Source: a virus (lineage: Duplodnaviria; Caudoviricetes). Taken from it: DNA of 37,918 nucleotides. The position numbers were made by a program, and so were the translations under genes. Positions 5,574 to 14,098 of the stretch are shown piece after piece. Each line of letters starts with the position of its first letter. Position 1 is the first letter of the stretch. The stretch covers positions 1-37,918 of IMG/VR virus record IMGVR_UViG_3300017777_003696. One strand, written 5' to 3'. Under the pieces are notes generated by a model that was not told the DNA's origin, ran no database searches, and saw only the letters and a program-made list of their open reading frames with translations.

Positions 5574-7228
5574 AGAAGCCGAAACAGAAGAGCGCGGACG
5601 AGGTGGCGGCTGAAAAGGCCATCGCGGCAAAGCTGTCGAACCGGGCCTGGCGCCTGAATAACCTCTATTGGATCGAGGACGAGAACGGCCGCAAGGTGAA
5701 GTTCCGCCTGAACTGGGCCCAGCGCGCGTTCTTCGCCGTGATGTGGTGGCTGAACGTCATCCTGAAGGCGCGGCAACTCGGCATGTCCACGTTCATCATG
5801 CTCGCGCAACTGGACCGCTGCCTGTTCAACGCGAATCAGACGTGCGGGCTGATCGACAAGACGGATGAGGACGCGAAGAAAAAGCTGTCACGTCAGAAAT
5901 TCGCCTACGATCACCTGGACGATCCGGACGATCCTGCCACGGCCCAGCTCGGCGCCGGCATCAAGCAAGCGGTGGCGCTGCTGATCGAGAACAAGAAGGA
6001 ACTGGAATTCTCGAACGGCTCGAAGATTTGGGCGGGCACGTCGCTGCGCGGTGGCACGGTGCAATTCCTGTGGATCTCGGAGCTGGGTTACATCGCGTTC
6101 CACTTCCCGGACAAGGCTAAGGAGATCAAGGACGGTGCGCTGAACACGGTTCACGCCGGGAACATGGTCGTCATCGAGTCTACGCACGAAGGCGGGAAAT
6201 ATGGGCTGAACTACGCGATGATCAAACTGGCCCAGGAAGCGCCGAAGGTGATGACGGCGATGGACTGGCGATTCCACTTCTTCCCGTGGTGGCGCGATCC
6301 GAAATACACGCTGGCGCTTCAGGCTCCGCTCGTCCTGGACCGCGAGCTGACGGAATACTTTGCTGCGCTCGAAAAGAACGAGGGCATCAAGCTCACGCCG
6401 GAACAAAAACACTGGTATGCGAAGAAGCGCGCGACGCAGGGCGATGCGATGGGCAAGGAATTCCCTTCGACCGCTGAAGAGGCGCTGAACGCCGTCGTCA
6501 CTGGCGCCATCTACGGGAAGATCATCAGCAAGCTACGGCGCGAACGCCGGATCGTGGACTTCCCGCACAACCGGATTGCTCCGCTGATCACGTCCTGGGA
6601 CATCGGACAATCGGACTTTACGGCCGTCTGGCTGGTTCAGCTCGTCGGCTTGGACATCTGCATTCTGGACTTCTACGAAAACCACGGCGAGGCGCCGGGC
6701 CATTACGTGGCGAAGATCCGGGAGTGGGAACGGAAGTATGGCGCGCCGATCACTCAGAACCTGGTTCCGCACGACGCTGACAATCGCGGGCCTGGCGGTA
6801 AGACGTGGGTGGACTATGCGAAGGAAGCCGGCCTGACGTGCATCAAGGTCGTTCCGCGCACGCCGGACGTGTGGGTGGGCATCAACTACCTTCGCGCGCT
6901 GTTGCCACGCTGCTACCTTCACCTGACGGGATGCGGCCAGGAATGGAAGCTGGACGAAACGCCGATGCCGTCCGGTGTGGCTGCGCTCGAAGGCTACCAC
7001 ACGGAAACGGAGATCAGCGAAGGCACGATCAAGGAAATGCCGGTGCATGACGCTTGCTCACATCCGTGTGACGGACTGCGGACGTTCGCCGAAGCACACG
7101 CGCGCGGGATGCTCGAAGGCACGTCCATGACGGCGAAGGAAACGCATCGCGAGAATCGGAAGGTGGTTATGGGCATCCGCCAGCTATACGGCACGGACTT
7201 CAAACCACGGCCGAAGGTGATCCGATGA
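5570..7228 (+). CDS. terL: Terminase large subunit
   Basis: ILKARQLGMST Walker A, LWISELG Walker B, IESTHEG coupling motif, SWDIGQSD and SHPCDGLR nuclease motifs. The ATG at 5570 overlaps the upstream stop. Confidence 0.95.
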   Translation: MKKPKQKSADEVAAEKAIAAKLSNRAWRLNNLYWIEDENGRKVKFRLNWAQRAFFAVMWWLNVILKARQLGMSTFIMLAQLDRCLFNANQTCGLIDKTDEDAKKKLSRQKFAYDHLDDPDDPATAQLGAGIKQAVALLIENKKELEFSNGSKIWAGTSLRGGTVQFLWISELGYIAFHFPDKAKEIKDGALNTVHAGNMVVIESTHEGGKYGLNYAMIKLAQEAPKVMTAMDWRFHFFPWWRDPKYTLALQAPLVLDRELTEYFAALEKNEGIKLTPEQKHWYAKKRATQGDAMGKEFPSTAEEALNAVVTGAIYGKIISKLRRERRIVDFPHNRIAPLITSWDIGQSDFTAVWLVQLVGLDICILDFYENHGEAPGHYVAKIREWERKYGAPITQNLVPHDADNRGPGGKTWVDYAKEAGLTCIKVVPRTPDVWVGINYLRALLPRCYLHLTGCGQEWKLDETPMPSGVAALEGYHTETEISEGTIKEMPVHDACSHPCDGLRTFAEAHARGMLEGTSMTAKETHRENRKVVMGIRQLYGTDFKPRPKVIR

Positions 7229-7443
7229 ACGACATCGATCCGAAGCGCGGCGCTGTCATCGGCGCGGCCTATCACCTGATGCAGTTCATGAACACGAAGG
7301 TCGGACACACGCGGGACTGGCCTGTGCGCATCATGGCAGACTCGCCGGAAAGGGAAGAGCTGGCGCGGCTCTTGGACGAAACGAACAAGGCGCTGGAAAC
7401 CCTGATCAAATGCGAGCGGAACGCATCATCGACGCGGACCTGA
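7225..7443 (+). CDS. Hypothetical protein
   Basis: ATGA overlap with the terL stop. Confidence 0.6.
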   Translation: MNDIDPKRGAVIGAAYHLMQFMNTKVGHTRDWPVRIMADSPEREELARLLDETNKALETLIKCERNASSTRT

Positions 7444-7775
7444 TGGCGCGCGTTCAGGCCGCGATGGCGGCGGACGGTGGGCACAACGTTCCTTGCGTGA
7501 CGCACGCGCTGATAGGCCAGGACGGCACGATTTGGGGCGCCTTCAGCGTCGTCTATGCGCCGGCCCTGTTCTTCTGGATGGACACGCGCAAAGGCACAGG
7601 GCTGGCGTCCCTGCGCGGTCTGCGCGCGGCACAGGCTGAGTTCAGGCGCCTGGGCCATCGGCGTATCTTATTGCCGATCCAGTCGGATTCACCCTATTAC
7701 CCGTTCGTCCGCTCCATCGGGTTTTCCCCGATTGGGCCGTGCGAGTTGTTCGAATTCAATCCACCGGAGGAATAG
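7410..7775 (+). CDS. Degenerate GNAT-fold-like protein
   Basis: Size, position before the portal, and C-terminal FVRSIGFSPIG resemble GNAT motif B. Confidence 0.55.
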   Translation: MRAERIIDADLMARVQAAMAADGGHNVPCVTHALIGQDGTIWGAFSVVYAPALFFWMDTRKGTGLASLRGLRAAQAEFRRLGHRRILLPIQSDSPYYPFVRSIGFSPIGPCELFEFNPPEE

Positions 7776-7777
7776 CC

Positions 7778-8041
7778 ATGTGCTTCAAATCCAAATCTTC
7801 TTCTTCACCGGCTCCCGCGCCGGCCGCTCCCGCCGCTGTGTCGGCTCCTTCCGTGGTTGCGCCGACGAAGCCACCGGCCGCTGTGCCTCCCGTGACTGAA
7901 CGCACGGTGGAAGTTGAAGCGGCGTCGCGACAGACGCGCGTGGACGCAAAGAGGCGGAAGGGGATGCGTTCGACGCTCCTGGCCGGCGAGACGGGCGGCT
8001 ATCAGGCGCCCGGTGAAGAGAAGAAAACTCTGCTGGGCTAA
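7778..8041 (+). CDS. Small pre-portal virion assembly protein (T7 gp7.3-like position)
   Basis: GGAGG RBS. MCF start, Pro/Ala-rich linker, RRKGMRSTLL and C-terminal KTLLG, typical of this gene in podoviruses. Confidence 0.8.
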   Translation: MCFKSKSSSSPAPAPAAPAAVSAPSVVAPTKPPAAVPPVTERTVEVEAASRQTRVDAKRRKGMRSTLLAGETGGYQAPGEEKKTLLG

Positions 8042-8056
8042 CCGGAGATCATCACC

Positions 8057-9748
8057 ATGGCATCGAAGAAGAAAGACGAACTGGCGGAACAACTGGTGGC
8101 GCGACACAACGCGCTGAAGTCGGATCGCGGGACGTGGGATGTGCTTTGGCAACAGATCGCGGACTACGTGATGCCACGGAAGAGCCAGGTGACGACGAAG
8201 AAGACCGAAGGTGTCGAGGGCTTCACGGATGACATCTACGACATGACGGTGATCCGGTCGAACATGACGCTTGCGGCCGGACAACTGAACTACGTCACGC
8301 CGGCAACTGATCGCTGGTTTGCATTCGAGCCACCGGAAGAGATGAAGGAAGCGGGCGGCGACGCGGCGGCGCGCTGGTATCAGCTTTGCACGGAAATCGC
8401 GTTCCGTGAGTTGGCCCGGTCAAACTTCTATCTCGAAATTCACGAGCTGTTCCTGGACCGGGGCGGCTTCGGCACGTCGATCATCTTCGCCGAAGAGGGC
8501 AAGCGGGTAACGCTGAAGTTCGAAAACTGGGAGGTGGGCACGTATTCCATCGCTGAAGACGATGAAGGCGTGGTGGACACGGTGTTCCGCGAATTCGAGC
8601 TGACGTGTCGCCAGGCCATTCAGAAGTTCGGCATCGAGCACTGTGGCGAGACGATTCAAAAGTGTTACGAAGAGCGGAAGCCGACATCGTTGGACAAGAA
8701 GTTCACGTTCATTCACGCCATCTTCCCGCGTGCGGACGATCAGCGGAAGCCGGGCAAGATCGACGGCCCGAACAAACCCATCGCGTCCGTTTACGTGTCG
8801 GTGACGGACAAGGTTTGTGTCCGGAATGCCGGATACGACGAAGCGCCGGCCGCTGTCTCGCGCTTCCTGAAGTGGGGCAAATCGCCATACGGCTATTCGC
8901 CCAGCATCGAGGCGCTTCCCACCGTCCGCCAGGTGAACTTCATCGAAAAGCAGATGGACGCGCTGGCGGAACTGGCCGCGTTCCCGCGTATCCTGATCCC
9001 GGATGGGCTCGAAGGTGACGTGGATCTTCGGAGTGGTGGTGTGACTGTGTTCGATCCGAACAACGTGAACGCCGTGCCGAAGGAATGGGCGACACAAGGG
9101 CGCTACGACATCGGCCTTCAGCGTGTCCAGGCGAAGCAGAAGCAGATCGAAGAGGCGTTCCATGTGACGCTCTTCAAAATGTTTGCCGAACGGGAAAAGC
9201 AGATGACGGCGCGCGAGGTGATCGAACGCGTCCAGGAAAAGCTCGTTCAGTTCTCGCCGACGTTCGCGCGCATGACGACGGAGCTGCTGAATCCGCTGCT
9301 CGAACGCGTGTTTGGCATCCTCTTCCGTGCTGGCAAATTCCCGGATCCACCGGAAGAAGTGTTCGTGGTCGGGCCCGATGGCGTGTCGCTGCCACTGCCA
9401 CAGGTGGCTTACACGTCGAAGATCGCGCTTGCGATCAAGGCGCTCGAAAATCAATCGTTCCTTCAGTTCGTGGAAGTGGTGGCGCCGTTGGTTCAGGTCG
9501 ATCCGTCCGTGATGGACGCGCTGAACACGGACAAGGCGATGAAAGGGCTGGCGCGCAATCTGTCGCTGCCGGCCGATTGGATTCGCACGGACGAAGAGAT
9601 CGGCGCCATCCGCCAGCAACGTGCCGAAGCGCAGCAAGCCCAGGCGGCGGCTGAACAGGCGAAGCTCGTCGCTGGCGCGGCGAAGGACATGAGCGCGGCC
9701 GATCCGGCGATGAAGAAGCTCGCGCTGGCCGGGATGGTTCGGACGTGA
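8057..9748 (+). CDS. Portal protein (head-to-tail connector, T7 gp8/BPP-1-like)
   Basis: 563 aa. SNFY...DRGGFGT, SPYGYSP, QMTAREV and ELLNPLLERVF motifs, Gln/Ala-rich tail. GGAG RBS. Confidence 0.95.
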   Translation: MASKKKDELAEQLVARHNALKSDRGTWDVLWQQIADYVMPRKSQVTTKKTEGVEGFTDDIYDMTVIRSNMTLAAGQLNYVTPATDRWFAFEPPEEMKEAGGDAAARWYQLCTEIAFRELARSNFYLEIHELFLDRGGFGTSIIFAEEGKRVTLKFENWEVGTYSIAEDDEGVVDTVFREFELTCRQAIQKFGIEHCGETIQKCYEERKPTSLDKKFTFIHAIFPRADDQRKPGKIDGPNKPIASVYVSVTDKVCVRNAGYDEAPAAVSRFLKWGKSPYGYSPSIEALPTVRQVNFIEKQMDALAELAAFPRILIPDGLEGDVDLRSGGVTVFDPNNVNAVPKEWATQGRYDIGLQRVQAKQKQIEEAFHVTLFKMFAEREKQMTAREVIERVQEKLVQFSPTFARMTTELLNPLLERVFGILFRAGKFPDPPEEVFVVGPDGVSLPLPQVAYTSKIALAIKALENQSFLQFVEVVAPLVQVDPSVMDALNTDKAMKGLARNLSLPADWIRTDEEIGAIRQQRAEAQQAQAAAEQAKLVAGAAKDMSAADPAMKKLALAGMVRT

Positions 9749-10047
9749 GCCAGGAACAGAAACAGGCTGAAGCGCAGTTGCGGCACGAACGCCTGTGCCT
9801 GGCCTACGCTCGCGTGCTGGGCCAGGACGGCGCCAGGTCGGAAGATCAGGCGCTCGTGATGGCGGACATGGAACATCGCGGCTACATGCACCGGAGCACG
9901 ATGGTTCCGGACGCTGGCGGCGGTCAGTGCGAACATCGAATCTCGTCAGCCGAAGGACAGCGCATCTTCGTCCTGAATACGAAACAGCTTATCCGGGGCG
10001 CGAAGCTTTCGGAAAAGAAGAAACCCGTAACCGTTAAGCGAAAATGA
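9745..10047 (+). CDS. Conserved post-portal small protein (Bbp19-like)
   Basis: AYARVL...LVMADM...AEGQRIFVL pattern. GTGA overlap with the portal stop. Confidence 0.75.
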   Translation: MSQEQKQAEAQLRHERLCLAYARVLGQDGARSEDQALVMADMEHRGYMHRSTMVPDAGGGQCEHRISSAEGQRIFVLNTKQLIRGAKLSEKKKPVTVKRK

Positions 10048-10589
10048 AAAACACTGCACCCGTCACCGATGGCCCAAGCAAAGCCCCACAAATCGACTAC
10101 GCCCTGAACGAGAAGGGCGAGATCACGCGCACCGATAAGGACAGCACGATCATCATCGGCCGGTATGATCGCACGACGAAGATCGTGCGCATCGTTCCGG
10201 AGTGGGCGAAGTTCCGCCCGGCGATGATCCGATTCCTGAACGCGGAAGAGATCGGCATCGAGTCCATCCTTCTCGAAGGCGACAAGCCGGACGTGGTTCC
10301 GGACGCCGGCATTCCTCCGCGCCCGAAGATGACGATTGAGGCGGGCGACAAGACGCCGGCCGTGGTCGAGTGGTATCGGAAATACAAGCCGGCCGAATAT
10401 CGTGCGCGCTACGGCATCAAGGGCGACGGCGTGATCACGAAGCATCGGAAGGAGAAGAACGAGAAGGGCGAGACGATCAGCGTCCCCTACGAAGTCGAAG
10501 CGACGCTGGCGCATCGGAAGACGCACCTGACGGAGAAGATCGAGGCCGGGGACAATCCCGAGGACTCTGGCGAAACGCCGGCCGTCTAA
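10044..10589 (+). CDS. Hypothetical protein in the head module
   Basis: ATGA overlap and typical codon usage. Confidence 0.8.
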   Translation: MKNTAPVTDGPSKAPQIDYALNEKGEITRTDKDSTIIIGRYDRTTKIVRIVPEWAKFRPAMIRFLNAEEIGIESILLEGDKPDVVPDAGIPPRPKMTIEAGDKTPAVVEWYRKYKPAEYRARYGIKGDGVITKHRKEKNEKGETISVPYEVEATLAHRKTHLTEKIEAGDNPEDSGETPAV

Positions 10590-10618
10590 CTCTGCGTCTT
10601 CACTTCAACACGTAACCG

Positions 10619-11716
10619 ATGAAACGATTTCAAAAACTCTATGCACCCGAAGGCGATGGCGGTGGTGGTGGCTCTGGTGGCACTGGCGGCGGTTCCCCTG
10701 GGGCTGGCGCTGGCGGCGCGCCGGGTGCCAGCGGTGGCGCCGGCACGCTTCTGTCGGGTTCGCCTGGCAATGGCACGGGAAGCGGCGGCACGGGCGGCGG
10801 CGGTGGGGCTGCGGGTGCGCCTGGAAGCGGTTCTGGATCTGGCGGCGCTCCCGGCGCTGCTGGCGCCCAGGGCGGGGGTGCGCCAGCATCAGGTCAGTCG
10901 TGGTTCGTAGGACTCTACGGCAACGACGGGAAGATCGACGCGAAGAAGTTCGACGCGCTTCCTGATCACCTGAAGGCACACGCCGACACGTTCAAAAAGT
11001 ATCAGACGGTCGAAGCGTTGCTGGGCGGCATGGGCAACCTGGCGAACCTCGCCGGCAAGAAGGGGCTCGAACCGCTCGCGAAGGACGCACCGGCTGAACT
11101 GGTGGCGGAACGCACGGCGCTGATGCGCAAGCTGAACAACGTCCCGGAGAAGCCGGAAGGCTACGGCATCAAGAAGCCGGACGGCCTTCCTGACGATCAG
11201 TGGAACGGCGAATACGTCGGCGGCATCCTCGGCGTCCTGCACAAGCACAACGCCAGTCCTGAGCTGGTTCAGGAGCTGACGAAGTTCGACGGCGAGTTTG
11301 CCGGCAAGCTGCGCGCTGGTGGCGAAGCGGCCCAGGCGGAAACGCTGAGGAAGGAAGGCGAGGCGTTGCGCACGGCGTTCGGGTCTGACTTCGACAAGAA
11401 GCTGGGTCTGGCGAAGCGCGCGGCGGCAACGCTGGGCTTGGATGTGAACGATCCGGCCATCGGCAACAGTTCGAAGATGATCGTCGCCTTGGCGAAGGTC
11501 GCTGAGATGGTTTCCGAAGACAAACTGGTGTCCGGCGACGGTGGCGCCGACTTCGGGAAGGGTGATCGCGAGAAGGCGCTGGACATCGTGAACAACCCGG
11601 CGAACCCGCTCCACAAATCATTCCACGATGCCGAACATCCCCAGCATCAGGCGGCGGTCGAAGCGCGCTCTGCGTTCAACAAACGCTGGCACGAATCACA
11701 ACGGCGGAAGGCGTAA
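10619..11716 (+). CDS. Capsid scaffolding/assembly protein
   Basis: Position before the capsid gene. Gly-rich N terminus, VPEKPEGY, SEDKLV and C-terminal HPQHQAAV motifs. Confidence 0.85.
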   Translation: MKRFQKLYAPEGDGGGGGSGGTGGGSPGAGAGGAPGASGGAGTLLSGSPGNGTGSGGTGGGGGAAGAPGSGSGSGGAPGAAGAQGGGAPASGQSWFVGLYGNDGKIDAKKFDALPDHLKAHADTFKKYQTVEALLGGMGNLANLAGKKGLEPLAKDAPAELVAERTALMRKLNNVPEKPEGYGIKKPDGLPDDQWNGEYVGGILGVLHKHNASPELVQELTKFDGEFAGKLRAGGEAAQAETLRKEGEALRTAFGSDFDKKLGLAKRAAATLGLDVNDPAIGNSSKMIVALAKVAEMVSEDKLVSGDGGADFGKGDREKALDIVNNPANPLHKSFHDAEHPQHQAAVEARSAFNKRWHESQRRKA

Positions 11717-11743
11717 GAACGCCATTCTTACGGCATTGTTTCG

Positions 11744-11780
11744 GCCCGGTGGCGCCCCATGGCCCATCGGGCTTTTTATT
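11744..11780 (+). terminator. Intrinsic terminator after the scaffold gene
   Basis: GCCCGGTGG (11744-11752) pairs with CCATCGGGC (11764-11772), followed by TTTTTATT. Confidence 0.8.
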
Positions 11781-11786
11781 ACCTGA

Positions 11787-11815
11787 TTGACGGGAATGCA
11801 CCTGGCGCGCATTGC
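11787..11815 (+). promoter_or_regulatory. Putative capsid-gene promoter
   Basis: TTGACG-N17-CATTGC immediately after the terminator. Confidence 0.5.
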
Positions 11816-11819
11816 TCGG

Positions 11820-11963
11820 GAACAGAGGGGCACGCAGACACCCGGCGAAAGCCGGCCTAAACGGCACTCGGACACGTCCGAAGCGTTCAGGCCCAGACGG
11901 AAACCCTGACGCGACAGACCGGCCCGCGTCCGCAACGCGGTTCATGTCAGAGTCAAAAACGTC
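11820..11963 (+). promoter_or_regulatory. Structured 5' leader of the major capsid gene
   Basis: CCGGC-GAAA-GCCGG (11842-11855), TCGGAC/GTCCGA (11868-11881), CCGCGT/ACGCGG (11924-11940), CTGAC/GTCAG (11906-11910/11946-11950). Confidence 0.55.
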
Positions 11964-12863
11964 ATGCTCACTCAACTTCCGGAACATTATCAGACGGACT
12001 TCGCTGATAACTGGGAACATCTCCTTCAGCAGAAGGATTCGCGGCTCGAAGGCCGCTGCCGTAAGGCCACTGTCAAAGGCAAGGAACGCACCTTCTCCCA
12101 GCTCGGGAAATCGAAGATGCGGCTGATCACCACGCGCAACGGCCAGACCGTGCCAAGTGATTCCACGATGGCGAAGCGCTGGGTGCGGCCGAAGGGATAC
12201 GATGAAGTCACTTTCATCGATCAGTTCGATCACATCGCGCTTGGCGAACTTCCGGCTCCCGAGTCGGAGCACGTTCAGGCGCACGCGATGGCCGCGAAGC
12301 GGACCATTGACGAGGTGATCATTGCCGGCCTGGAAGGCACGGCCTACATCGGCGAAGACGGCACGACTGCCGTGGACCTGGGCAACGGCCAGAAGGTCGC
12401 CGTGAACTACGTTCAGTCCGGTTCCGCCGTGAACAGCGGGCTCACGCTCGCGAAGATGGCACGCGCGAAATACATCCTGGACGTGAACGAGGTCGAAGAC
12501 GAAGACCGCTACCTGATCGTGTCGGCGAAGCAGATCAACGATCTCCTCGTCAACGTGGTCGAGATCAAGTCTTCGGATTACAACGAGGTGAAGGCGCTGG
12601 TGGACGGGAAGGTGAACCGTTTCATGGGCTTTGACTTCGTGCGCACGCAACTCCTGACGCTGGTGACGGCAACGGACGTGCGGACGTGCATCGCCTACCA
12701 CAAGATGGGCGTCGTGCTCGGCATCGGCATGGAAAAGTCGGTGAAGATCGACATCCGCGCCGACCTGAACCACACGATCCAGATCCGCACGGTCATCATG
12801 ATCGGGGCGTCGCGCATGGAAGAAGAGCGCGTGGTTCTCGTCTATTGCGACGAGTCTCCGTAA
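11964..12863 (+). CDS. Major capsid protein
   Basis: 299 aa. LLQQKDSRL, AAKRTIDEVII, SSDYNEVKALVDG, FMGFDFV and GASRMEEERVV motifs of a widespread podovirus capsid family. Confidence 0.93.
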   Translation: MLTQLPEHYQTDFADNWEHLLQQKDSRLEGRCRKATVKGKERTFSQLGKSKMRLITTRNGQTVPSDSTMAKRWVRPKGYDEVTFIDQFDHIALGELPAPESEHVQAHAMAAKRTIDEVIIAGLEGTAYIGEDGTTAVDLGNGQKVAVNYVQSGSAVNSGLTLAKMARAKYILDVNEVEDEDRYLIVSAKQINDLLVNVVEIKSSDYNEVKALVDGKVNRFMGFDFVRTQLLTLVTATDVRTCIAYHKMGVVLGIGMEKSVKIDIRADLNHTIQIRTVIMIGASRMEEERVVLVYCDESP

Positions 12864-12908
12864 TCCAGATACGCAACAAAAAGAAAACAACCATAGGAGA
12901 AAATCCAC

Positions 12909-13382
12909 ATGGCTACTTCAAATACGACAATCTACGGCAAGCAGATCGATCCCACCATGGGCAATCGGCTGACGCCTCGTGAACTGTGCTCGAAAACCTT
13001 CTTCGCTGACATCCCTTACACGATTCTCGGCACGGAGGCCCAGGGCGACTTCCTGAATCTGATCAAGCTGCCACAGGCCGCTGTCATCGATCCGACGCTT
13101 TCGAGCGTTGTCACCGATGGCATCGCCACCACGGCGACGCTCGACATCGGCGACGATGACGACGAGGGCGTTGGTGCGGCGACGGATGCTGATCGCTACG
13201 CGGACGGCTTGGACGTTGCGGCGGCTGGCGTCGATCTGTTCAGCGCGAACGCGGCGGCGGCTCGGCTTGTGCCCTACAAGCTCAGCAAGGATTCGATCAT
13301 CAAGCTCGAATTCAAAACGCTGGTGACTCCGGTTGCCGGCAAGAAGCTGCTGATCCGTTTGGCTTACCGGATCGAGGGTTAA
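12909..13382 (+). CDS. Putative capsid cement/decoration protein
   Basis: AGGAG RBS. Directly after the capsid gene and before a strong terminator. Jelly-roll-like pattern (TLDIGD...DRYADGLDV). Confidence 0.75.
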   Translation: MATSNTTIYGKQIDPTMGNRLTPRELCSKTFFADIPYTILGTEAQGDFLNLIKLPQAAVIDPTLSSVVTDGIATTATLDIGDDDDEGVGAATDADRYADGLDVAAAGVDLFSANAAAARLVPYKLSKDSIIKLEFKTLVTPVAGKKLLIRLAYRIEG

Positions 13383-13424
13383 TCCTCGCGCCGGGCCTTG
13401 GGTTGGGGGTTTGTAGGTTACGGG

Positions 13425-13468
13425 CGCCCGGCGCTGGTGGATCAAACCACTGGCGCCGGGCGTTTTTT
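13425..13468 (+). terminator. Strong intrinsic terminator after the capsid/cement genes
   Basis: 16-bp stem CGCCCGGCGCTGGTGG/CCACTGGCGCCGGGCG followed by TTTTTT. Confidence 0.92.
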
Positions 13469-13490
13469 CTAACACGAAGGAATCACGCAT

Positions 13491-14096
13491 ATGCCATCGA
13501 AGACTGAAATCGCGAACATGGCCCTTCATCGGGTCGGGGCTCAGCGCATCATGGACCTGAATGACGCGGACTCGAAGAGTGCGCGCGTGCTTCGGGACTT
13601 CTTCGAACCGGCAATCCGTGAGGTTGGCCGGCTGGCGGAATGGCAATGCCTGAAGGATCGGGCGACGCTGGGCCAGCTCGCGACGGCGCCGGCCTTTGGC
13701 TGGGATTACGCGTATCAGCTTCCGGCGACGTTTCTGCGGCTCGTGAAGCTGAACGGCGTGGATTACCGGGGACAGCCTGGCGACGATCACGAAATCGAGG
13801 GGCGCACGCTTTTGACGGATCAGACGACGGCGGACATCGAGTTCATCGCCTACAAGGAAGACACGACGGACTACGATCCGCTGTTCGTGAAGGCCATCGT
13901 CGCGAAGCTGGCGGCTGAAATTGCGGTTCCTCTTCGCCAGGACGAAGCCCTGGCCGCTCGGCTGATGGGTGAGTTCGAACAGCTCGCGCTTCCGAAGGCG
14001 CGCACGAAGACGGCCGGCGAGCGTCGTCCGAAGCGGTTCGATCCGACCGCTGAATGCTCGTTCCTGAATTCGCGCTTCAACTCCACGAACGGCTGA
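13491..14096 (+). CDS. Tail tubular protein A/adaptor (T7 gp11-like)
   Basis: EIANMAL.RVG, P.FGWDYAYQLP..FLR and DPLFVKAI..KLA.EIA motifs. Confidence 0.88.
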   Translation: MPSKTEIANMALHRVGAQRIMDLNDADSKSARVLRDFFEPAIREVGRLAEWQCLKDRATLGQLATAPAFGWDYAYQLPATFLRLVKLNGVDYRGQPGDDHEIEGRTLLTDQTTADIEFIAYKEDTTDYDPLFVKAIVAKLAAEIAVPLRQDEALAARLMGEFEQLALPKARTKTAGERRPKRFDPTAECSFLNSRFNSTNG

Positions 14097-14098
14097 AC

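Noticed and set aside
10639-10890. Gly-rich stretch as collagen-like or DNA repeat element
   Set aside because: No sustained Gly-X-Y period and no exact DNA repeats. It is a low-complexity scaffold N terminus.
13393-13424. G-quadruplex-like run GGG-GGG-GGGGG-GGG after the cement gene
   Set aside because: The fourth run is 12 nt away and adjoins the terminator stem. This is expected by chance at this GC content.
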